Below, in pieces: positions 42,401 through 54,400 of a DNA stretch of 64,000 bases; the first letter of the stretch is position 1, and each line of letters begins with the position of its first letter. Both the position numbers and the translations under genes were made by a program. Origin of the DNA: Antedon mediterranea (lineage: Eukaryota; Animalia; Echinodermata); contig NC_092671.1 of assembly GCF_964355755.1 (NCBI RefSeq), positions 372,001 to 436,000 on the forward strand, read 5' to 3'. The notes under the pieces are model-generated. The model was not told where the DNA came from. It made no database searches and saw only the letters and a list, made by a program, of their open reading frames with translations.

Positions 42401-45400
42401 TTGCTTTCAATATACCTTACTTTGCGTTACCTATGGAGTTTATGGTTGTCTTTCTGTTTAACTTTCGGTTAAAGTTCAATGTATAAGCTTGAATCTAACA
42501 TATTTACCCTTTTCTTGAATCTAATGCAATTGCTCTTGGACTCTCCATATTGCCAGCTATCACTGTTGTCCTACTAGAACCATTCAGCTTAGCCACTTCA
42601 ATTTGATCCAATAGACTGTCAACCCAGTACAAGTTTTGCCCAATCCAGTCCACAGCAAGACCCTCAGCTGTAGCTAGGCCTGATGACACTACTACAGTAC
42701 GACCAGTCAGTTCAGAACCTTCTAATAATTCAAATTAAAAACTTGTTACTTATTTAAAAGCAATCAACAAAATATAGAACTAGCTACAGTATTAGGTACA
42801 CTCTCTTTTAAAGCTCTGTCTACACTATCAAACTACTTTGACAAATAAGGTATGTTATGTTGTTTGATTTATAAAGCGCTTATACAATCAACAGATTGTC
42901 TCAAAGCGCTGACAGAAAAAACAGATATTACAAAGAAAAAAGATGGGTTTTTAAGAGTGTTTTGAAAACTATGAAGTGCCTAAATATGGTAGTGATATGC
43001 ATGAATATGGTATTAATTTATGAGACCGTCATGTCCATATATGGGAACATCACATAAAGTTTGATAGTGTAGCCAGAGCTTAAGTAATGTGTGTAAAATA
43101 TGATTCATACCGGATAATGTGTCATTTGTGAAATAAGCACGATAGATCTTGTCATCTACAACATCAGTCCAAAACACAGAGTTTTCAGCTTGGTAAAAGT
43201 CTAGTGCGATTGTGTTCCTCATTCCACTTACTAATATACCATACTCCTCAGTTCGCAAATCATAGAAGCGAAGTTGATGTCGATTCGAAAATACCAACAT
43301 TGGTGAAAATGTATCTACAGGCAATAAAGAACAAAATTAGTAGTAAAAAATCTAAAGTATAACAAGCATTTTAAAATATTCGATATTCAAAATTTTAAAT
43401 AGCTGTACTCAAGCATTAATGCTGAAAACATCCTTCACCCAACCTCTTCCAAATATACTGTTGTATTCAAAATGGGTAAGTTTATACCAGTATCAGATTA
43501 GCTTATTTTGTATTAAAGATGGGTAAGTTTATACCAGTGTCAGATTAGCTTATTTTGTATTAAAGATGGGTAAGTTTATACCAGTGTCAGATTAGTTTAT
43601 TTTGTATTAAAGATGGGTAAGTTTATACCAGTGTCAGATTAGTTTATTTTGTATTAAAGATGGGTAAGTTTATACCAGTGTCAGATTAGTTTATTTTGTA
43701 TTAAAGATGGGTAAGTTTATACCAGTGTCAGATTAGCTTATTTTGTATTAAAGATGGGTAAGTTTATACCAGTGTCAGATTAGCTCATTTTGTATTAAAG
43801 ATGGGTAAGTTTATACCAGTATCAGATTAGCTTATTTTGTATTAAAGATGGGTAAGTTTATACCAGTGTCAGATTAGATTTGTAGGCAGGATATTTTTAG
43901 ACTTACCATTTGCTTTACACGTCCATCTATCACCCGTCTGTTGATATCCATCATAACAACTACATGTATAGTTTCCTTTTAGGTTTGTACATTGTTGGCT
44001 GCAACGTTTCTTTTCACACATATTCATATCTGGAAGCCAAACAAAATTTATGTGAATCCACCTTTGCTTCTGATTTTATTTTCTCACAACTCAATAATAT
44101 CCATTCAAGGAAAAATGTTTCACAAAACTTGTTTTTGCCTAATTGAGTAATAACCAAATTCATAATGGGTTTATTTCAGAATATTATAGTATAGCCATGT
44201 AATACATTGTCAAAGTGCAATACAATACATTCAGCTCTTATACTTTAAAACAACAAGTAACTACAACTGAAGTAAACAATTGTAAAACATACCTGGTTCA
44301 CATGTGCTCAAATCCGATGGATTAAGTTTAAAACCTTCTGGGCATGTGCAGTAGTGGCCAACTGGGGCATTCTGGCAGCCATGACTACATTGCATTGTGG
44401 GATGTGTGCATGCATCAATGTCTGAAAATAGAGGTGGAACAGTGTAAATTTTTCCTTCCAATTATTAGGTTTGGCGCTACTGCAGTTTCGCACTACATCG
44501 CTTTATTTTTTTCTCACACCCACATCATACAATTTTTTGTAACATGTTTCCATGATTTAGCCACCGTTATATTTACCTTTATCACAATAAAAAATGCCTT
44601 TCAAAACAGCTCCATTTCCGCGAATACCTTGATCGAACTGTGGCCATTTTAAAATCAGAAAATTGCCAGAAATCAATGTATGTTTTATTTTCTGTTTTTC
44701 TTTTTAAATTGCAAAGAGTGGTTTTTATAAAGAACCAGCTAGCTGTACATATCAAAACGGTGACGATATGAGTCTGTACATAAAACATTGATAGGGCCTA
44801 TTAATATGAATAATAATACTAATATTAATAATTAAATATTAATTAAACCTCTCTTTCGCCAGCTGAAAATATTTCTTGCCTTTCAAAACTAAATAGGCCT
44901 AGGCCTATATATGTGTAATCGGATTTTATAACACTGGCCTCTATAGTTTCTACATTTTTTGGGGAAAATGAAGCATACATTCTGGCAATTAAGTGATAAA
45001 TATAAGATGGCGAACATTTTGCAGTGTGTTGACATCGAGTTCAGTATTGTTTAAAATGTTTTGAAAAGTATTGTTATTTAAAAAAAGTTATTTCGTAAGT
45101 GGTCGAATCGTATAAACATGTTACATAATATTATGTTGTGAGTGTAAATAAGAAAAATTTAGGTGAGAAATCGAAGATATAACGGTGTGGTGCGAAACTG
45201 CAGTAGCGCCATTAGGTTTTAATTATATCAAACACCCCTATTAACACTTTGACTGCCAAACACGAAGATCTTCGTTTTTGGAAACACAACGCTTGACTGC
45301 CAAACACGAAGATCTTCGTTTTTCGCGTTTTTTTACGAAATCCGGTAGATAGGTTAATTATTGGTATATACTATAAATAAATAAAAACACTATATTCGGT

Positions 45401-48400
45401 CTGGACCGTGAATAATTTACTCTTTGAAAGTAACTAATCTGGTTACGAACGATTGTCAAAATGGTACCTGTCGAAATAACATACACCGCGCATCACAGTA
45501 GCGCGTACAGCGATGGTTTGGCGCATTGTGTATCGGTCGCGCGCTAGCTATGCCGCCGAAGCATTACAAAGGTTTATGTGGATTGGCATGTTTGTTTGTT
45601 ATCTGAATAAAAAATAATGGATGAATTTTCAATATGAAGTCTTTAATTTTATTATTGTATGTATACCCTAATTGTTTTGGTGTTTCACTGTAAAAGTGGC
45701 CGAGTTTCACGCAACAAACTTGTTTAGAAATGGTATGAATATTATCATCAGTTTACTAGCTAGGCTAGTAGTACTAGGCTATAGCCTAGGCCTAGTCGTA
45801 AAACGGTTCCGGACCAACTTTAGGCCTAGTTAACTAGGCCTGGTGTCTTTACTATGTGGATTTTGGCGAAACATTGATGCAAGATTTATGATTTATAAAA
45901 TGTAATACATTTTTCGATAGTGATAACTTGTTTTTATGCCGTGTAACAGTAAGTAACTTTTTTGTTGTTTGTTGATCTCACCGGGCGATATTTTCATATT
46001 GTGATGTCTTGCACAAAATCGCGGATATCTCGAAAAACTCAAAAAGTGGGTTACTTTCATTTTACTATTACGATTTACATAATGCGATTTGAAAATCGTT
46101 CTAGGTACCATTGTAAAGCTAAAATCTTTATGATTATTTTAGTCTAAATTACATGTAAATAAGATCACATACATAGTTTCAATCAGCTTTAATAAAAACA
46201 TCGAATTGGGCTATAAACGCTAGCGGTGGCAGTTTCTAACTGGAAAAACCTCTGGCAGTCAAAGTGTTAAAGGCCACATTTGAGTGAAATAAAGTGTTCA
46301 TATGTTTTAACATTACAGTCAAACCTATTCAGGGGACACTCCACTTTTGTGGGTGCCGAAGTTGTCCTGTTACAAATTGGAAAGCATTTCATTCTAAAGA
46401 AAAATATTTGTATACGTACCACAATCAAATGCTTCATCATATCCATTAGGACAATGGACATCACCATCACATAGATTGACCAATGGGATGCAGAGCGTGT
46501 GATTTGGACATTGCCAAGCTCCATTGTCACAAAGCTTTGGTGCTTTGCAAAAACAAAACAAAAATGTTTCAATGTACAATAATATTTCAAAAATAATCAA
46601 TTCGTAAAAACTATGGTGATTTAAACAAAATACATTTATTATTGACTTGGTAAACTAATCATTGGTTGATATTGTTATCAGATTTAAAACTTACGACAGG
46701 TTCTGTCGCCTTCGTCACTAGCGTCATCACAATCATTGTCATCATCACACTTCCAATCAAGAGGAATACATAAACCGTTGTTACACTGAAACTCATCATT
46801 GTCACAAACATACACAATGGTTCCTAAAAACATTAACAATTTAATATAATCAATCATATCTTTATTTATTGAAATTGTTCAATTCAATTCAAAATTTAAT
46901 TTCACCACAACAGAAAAAAAGTATATAGATAAATAAATATTAACATTTGAGTGAAATTGGTACCCACTGACTTGTTTCAAAATGAATCATACTTTTTGAA
47001 ACAGTTCACAAATGTAACTCACCACAATCCACCTCGTCCGACCCATCAAGACAATCTTCTTTAGAATCACAAATGTATTCTATATTTATACAATTTCCAG
47101 AACCACAATCAAACTCTGATTCATGACATTTAGAAGGTGAGGGAGCTGAAAAAACAAGAAATAAATATGTAAGCATTATTCAATATAAAACTGAAACCAA
47201 CAATTCACAACTACGAAATAAATTAGAATCTGATGTGAATGTGTTCCTAGAATTATATGTTATATGTTTTCTTTGATCTAATAGGAGGACTTTTGTCAGA
47301 GATAACATTCTTGATATCTATGCCTCATTACTTCTTCTGAGAAAGCACAATTCAGTGATAAACAATAATAAAGTTTAATTACCAATTCATATTGTAAACT
47401 TTTAAACTGCCTGATTGACAGCTTTCAACATGAATATCATTAAAACTTACTACAACTAGGTAATGCTTCATCACTGCCGTCTGCACAGTCGTCCACACCA
47501 TTACATACAAATTCTAAATCTATGCATTGTAGAGAATCACATGTGAACTGTGTATCATTGCTACAGCTATACTGGCAAAACAACTCGTCAGAATTATCGC
47601 CACAATCGTTATCAGTATCGCAACGCCAATCATGGTTTATACACCGTCCATTAGTACATGAGAACTCATTCTCTTCACATGATTCGTAAACACAAGCAAT
47701 TTCATCGCTGTTATCTCCACAGTCATCCTCTCGATCACAAACCCAGACTGGTAAAATGCATTTGTCATTGTCACAGGAAAACTCATCAGGTGAACATGTA
47801 ATTGCTTTAAATAAAAATATAAATTATTGAATTTATTAATTAAAAATACTTTATAATGGTAACCAACATACATTTTTATTGTAATCAACGTTACAACATA
47901 ACATCTTCTTCATTTAAAGTTAATAATAAATGTTAAACCAACGTCTCACATTCTCCTACTTACATTGACATACTGTGTCATCTTCATCGACCCCATCATG
48001 ACAATCACAATCACCATCACACTGGTACTTACATTGACATAATGTCTCATCTTCATCACTCCCATCATGACAATCACAATCACTATCACACTGGTACTTA
48101 CATTGACATAATGTCTCATCTTCATCACTCCCATCATGACACTCAGAATCACCATCACACTGGTACTTACATTGACATAATGTCTCATCTTCATCGCCTC
48201 CATCATGACAATCAGAATCACCATCACACTGGTACTTACATTGACATAATGTCTCATCTTCATCGCCTCCATCATGACAATCAGAATCACCATCAGACTG
48301 GTACTTACATTGACATAATGTCTCATCTTCATCGCCTCCATCATGACAATCAGAATTACCATCACACTGGTACTTACATTGACGTAATGTCTCATCTTCA

Positions 48401-51400
48401 TCGCCTCCATCATGACAATCAGAATCACCATCATGCTGGTACTTACATTGACATAATGTCTCATCTTCATCGCCCCCATCATGACAATCAGAATCACCAT
48501 CACACTGGTACTTACATTGATATAATGTCTCATCTTCATTGCCTCCATCTAGACAATCAGAATCACCATCACACTGGTACTTACATTGACATCATTTCTC
48601 ATCTTTATCACTCCCATCATGACAATCAGAATCACCATCACACTGTTACTTACATTGACATAATGTCTCATCTTCATCACCCCCATCATGACAATCAGAA
48701 TCACCATCACACTGGTACTTCTTTGGAATACATTTATAGTTTGAACACATAAACTGCAAATCTGGATGGCAGGACTTTGAGCCTATAACAAAACATTGCA
48801 AAATTTAATAATTTCATGGTACACCTTTTTAGTCAAATAAGCCAAAAAATTTGTGTTAATGCTTTAAAATGGACCTGAAATGGATTTTCGATTTTTTTCA
48901 TTTTAGAATGATGTTTTGGGGGCTATTAGGTGTTGCTAGAATGTATATTGTTACAAAATATAAATTGGCGCTTTTGGGGAAAGCCCCATTTGAAAATCAA
49001 AAAAATTCGCGGGTGACGTCACTTTGCGAATATATTCCTATCCCTCCAATGGACAATTTGCAGTTTTTTGGCTATAACTCTTGAAATCTATGGAGTATTT
49101 TCTAAAAAATGCTTGTGCATTTGCAGAAACGTATTTAGAATTTTTTTAGATAAAATTATTACCGTATAAACGGTTATTCATCGAGTAAATGACGATTTAA
49201 AATCTTAAAATCAACGGTTTTTTTCTGGCAATACCGGGATACAGCTCTGTGCGCAATGATGCGTATCCATATTTTCCGTTTGTGTATTTTGTATCGTTCG
49301 TAATTTATACTGCTAAAATGTGTTAGTTTCTTTAGTTTTTAGTTTAGCAGAATTAAATTAGTAATATACGAGATGATAATTTATTTGTCACGAATCAGGC
49401 AGTTCGAAAACGAATTTTATTCATATTTTACTTTGGCTTGACAATGAGCGCAGCAAGTTGTTGATATCGCTTTGGTCCTTGGATGCACATGAAACAGAGC
49501 CTCGCCGCATGATGTGGGTGGTGGATCGACTCTGCGCACTGTATTGGGGGCCTAGGCCTAGTAAAGGTTTGGGAGGTAGGCCTTCCAAATTCGGGTTTTA
49601 GAACAAACGAAGTACATTTTAGGGACCTATATTTCAACAACATTAGATATTGAATAAATTAGTATTAGTGTCAACGCTTCGCGTATCTTTCCAGGCCGTC
49701 GATCATTCACTGACTATCGGGTGGCATACACGCTCTCGATATCATCGTGTGTATATGTGACGTCGTGAATATAGAGGCTTCCGACGGCCGTTGAAATAGA
49801 ATATTGCAATGGCATGAGTAATTTTCGCTAATTTACCATGGTATCTTAAAATTTCGTTTTTACTCAAAATACTATACATTTTGTTTTTATTTGTATGGGT
49901 TTGTGTTAATTTGATACATTTAAATAACATGTGTGAATTTCTTGAAAATCGAAATTCCATTTCAGGTCCATTTTAACTGCATCACCCCTAATAATTAAGG
50001 GGTACAATCTTGATCATGTACTGTACATTGTAATTAGGATTTTTTTTTTATTTGTTGCAACAATTTTTTAAAAGGTTAGCTGTTAACTAAGAAGCCATAC
50101 TCACTACAAACTTCTGGACTTTCATCAGACCCATCTCCACAATCATCATCCCCGTCACACTTCCATAATTTCCGTACACACCGTCCATTATTACAAGTCA
50201 TTTCGTCATCATTGCAGTGTGTTCCACGTGGAAAATCTGGGTCAGTTTCACAAGTTTTATTATCTGATCTTAATCTGTCGCCATTTTGACAAAGGCAGAC
50301 AATTCCATTTAGAGTGTTTGCACAAAGTTGTTCGCAGTCTCCGTTTGAAGATGAGCATTCATTAGTACCTGTAATAATAACAATTCAACAATATTAACTT
50401 GAATTGAATAGCTTTTACATTGATTAAGTGTATGTGAAAGAAAAAGTCTTACCAGATTGAAGTTGTGATGAATACACACGTATAGCATACAACTCTTTAT
50501 CTTCATCTCTCAGTTGTAACGGCATATTTACCTCGTCTTCTACTGGTATTTCATATCGGAATATCTTTCCAGATTCTCTTTCCGTCCAAAAAAGATAATT
50601 GTTAAAAAAGGAGAGACCAAACGGTGCTTCTACCTTTCCTCCATTATATATCATCTTTAAAAAAAAGTTTTTAAATCGTTAACACACACTCATAAACACT
50701 ACAAAGACAACTAAGTATTGATTGGAATAGTAATAGAAATATCTGCCAGTAGATGTGATGGTAGAAATGTTTATGGTAGTAATGTGTGTAATTGGTGTTA
50801 TGGTGATTATGACACCATGGTAGTAATGTGTGTAGTTGGTGTTATGGTGATTATGACACCATGGTAGTAATGTGTGTAGTTGGTGTTATTGTGATTATGA
50901 CACCATGGTAGTAATGTGTGTAGTTGGTGTTATGGTGATTATGACACCATGGTAGTAATGTGTGTAGTTGGTGTTATTGTGATTATGACACCATGGTAGT
51001 AATGTGTGTAGTTGGTGTTATGGTGATTATGACACCATGGTAGTAATGTGTGTAGTTGGTGTTATTGTGATTATGACACCATGGTAGTAATGTGTGTAGT
51101 TGGTGTTATGGTGATTATGACACCATGGTAGTAATGTGTGTAGTTGGTGTTATGGTGATTATGACACCATGGTAGTAATGTGTGTAGTTGGTGTTATTGT
51201 GATTATGAAACCATGGTAGTAATGTGTGTAGTTGGTGTTATGGTGATTATGACACCATGGTAGTAATGTGTGTAGTTGGTGTTATGGTGATTATGACACC
51301 ATGGTAGTAATGTGTGTAGTTGGTGTTATGGTGATTATGACACGATGGTAGTAATGTGTGTAGTTGGTGTTATTGTGATTATGACACCATGGTAGTAATG

Positions 51401-54400
51401 TGTGTAGTTGGTGTTATGGTGATTATGACACCATGGTAGTAATGTGTGTAGTTGGTGTTATGGTGATTATGACACCATGGTAGTAATGTGTGTAGTTGGT
51501 GTTATGGTGATTATGACACCATGGTAGTAATGTGTGTAGTTGGTGTTATGGTGATTATGACACCATGGTAGTAATGTGTGTAGTTGGTGTTATTGTGATT
51601 ATGACACCATGGTAGTAAATCATGATATTTGCAACAATTTGGCAAATTGCCAATTATTTCCCATAACAAAAACACAATATGATCTACATAAAGTCCTTTG
51701 GAGTGGAGTTATTTTTGTGGTGTAAAAAATTAGAACTCAGGAGCCTGGGATTGGTAGTCAAGCATTTAACCACTAAAGCTACTCTACTCTGTAAAGCATT
51801 TATATCATTTGAAACATAGTTTTTGTCACTTTTATCTAAAATATATGTATTGTAATGCCTTTGTTATCCCTAAAGGTATATACACACAACACAGAGTATT
51901 GTAATTGTTTGTTTAGCTTTATTCATACTGCAAAAATATGCAGCACCAAATATTACAAAATACACTTTTATCAAAATGAAAATAAACTGTCAATTCGGCT
52001 TACAGACAATACTAATGGACTAACTCCTTTATTCATTGGTAACACAAAGAATATACAAATAATATAAGTAATGAAGTATACATATTTGTACATAGTGAAC
52101 TGAAAAAATACAAGCGCGAAAATTAATTGAATACAAACATTATTAATTTTTAATATGAAAATTAAATTTCAAACAGATAAAATTTTAAAACCATTTAGAA
52201 CGACCAAAATAACAGTTTACAGTATTTAGGCAAGAGAAGGATTTAGTTTGCACACAAAATGAAGGTCATCATAAGATTCTTTAGTTAACCATTCATTCAG
52301 AATAAACCATAGATTTCCTGGATCAAAAAATTCAAGAAAAAAATGGATATAAAATATACAAAGGCTATTATATTCTCTCCAAACAACCAATATCAATCTC
52401 TTTGTAAAGGTCAATAATCTAAAATACTAAAGGTTTTAAAAAGATGAAAATTCAAAGAAGTAGAAGAGAGTTTATTGTTTTTTGGCATATTGCCATTCAC
52501 TATTCTTCTCAAAGTTGGTAATCCTGTTCACAACATATACACAAGATGCTCTACATAAACAAACAAGCAGGGGTGTTTGAGGGTGGAGTTTATTTTTTGT
52601 AATGATAAAAAAAAAACCTGAAACTTCTTTAAAGTAAAAACAACTTACCCGTTTTCCGGAACCATCCAAGAACACTCTACTAATTTCATCAAAGAAAGCA
52701 TCACACCAATAAAGGTAGCCCCCATCCTTATCCAGTGCAATGCCATTAGGCCATAGAATATTCTCTCCGGACACCAATACTTCACGGTTAGTACCATCTA
52801 AGTTTGCCCGTTCTATCATGCCTAGCTCTATATCATACTCAGACCAGTCAGTCCAATACATGTAGCTATTGGGTAAAACATACATAAAAGCACTCTTTAT
52901 ATATTTGTGATGAGGCATGCTCAGAACACTACAGAATATAGCAACATTTGAATATTTTAAAATCTCCTTTTTTAACTTATTAATTTTATATTTTACAATA
53001 AAATTAACTCATTAACTGATTGCTTGAACATTTGAAGAGTTCGTAATTAAAATTAAAACTTGAATTTAAGGAGACAATAAAATCACTAAAGAGTATTGTA
53101 GTCTTTCTTTAGAGTTCCATGCTCCTTTTTAACTTTAAAAAACATTTAAAATGAGCTGTTTGAACTGCTTGATTGTAGAATAAAATCGCTATAGAGTATC
53201 ATAGAATATCTTACCCAGCGACAGGGTCTACTGCTATAGCTCTTGGGTGTGTCAAGTTGGTAGTTATTAATGTTTTACTATAACTTCCATTCAATGTTGA
53301 CATACTGATCCTGTCAAGTCCATCATCAGTCCAGTAAAGGTTTCTAGATATCCAATCAACAGCAATTCCTTCACAGTTATTCACATCTATTAACAATATT
53401 TGTAAATGTCATTAGATAAAACAAATGGATTAACTCAATTAGGAACCATATGTTTACTAAATCCTTTTGATAAATGCTAAAAGCTTTCAATTTGTTTTAT
53501 AAACAGGGACAATAACAAATTAAAACAAAGCATACTTCAATTCAAAGAAAAATTACTGAACAATGACAATGCTGTGGGTATCAGTGACTGGATCTCAATG
53601 GAGGTACAAATAAAATAAACACTGAAAAATGACAATGCTGTGTGTATCAGTGACTGGATCTCAATGGAGATACAAGTAAAATAAGCACTGAAAAATGACA
53701 ATGCTGTGAGTCTCAGTGACTGGATCTCAATGGAGATACAAGTAAAATAAGATTTTAAGTAATTGTAATTACAATAAGCAAAAAGCCAGATCAAAACAAT
53801 AAAGAAAAACAATCAGAAAAGAGTTCCCAGCTTTTGGAAACAGTATTCCTTCAACAGGGTTAATTTCAAATGATTATGATTTGACTATTACAACCACTTT
53901 TGTATTTGGAAGTGTAGTAAGAATAAATAAAATGAATCAAATCTATATATAAATTTACGTAAGGGCAAAATTCGGTAAATCGCGCCTTACTTCTAGAATT
54001 TTTACTCGATGGTATATAAAGTTGGTTCGTACTTTCGGTACTGATTTTAACCACCTGATGTAACCCTGTTTACTAATTAAATTAAGTTAGATAATAAGTT
54101 ATTGACGGTTAAAACGAATTTAGGTTCCAAGATTTGCCCCAAATAGGGTTGTTTTCCGACCGTGGTATACACTGTATAATGGATGTCCGTCTTGAAAAAT
54201 ACCCGCCACAAAAATGCGAGGAGGCTTCGCATTTTCCTATCTCCTCCTACGATAATTGTTTTTAATGGCTGAAAACCGGTTGAACAGTTCGAGTACAGCA
54301 TCATAATGTTGAAGACAGGCCGATTTTCTTTAAAAAATACTATTTTGATACATTTAATATACGTTTTTACAAATGTATTGATTTGTGATGAATGGAACAT

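Noticed and set aside
47946-48752. 200-aa (-) and His-rich 236-aa (+) ORFs
   Set aside because: Off-frame and antisense readings of the 69-bp exon-derived array.
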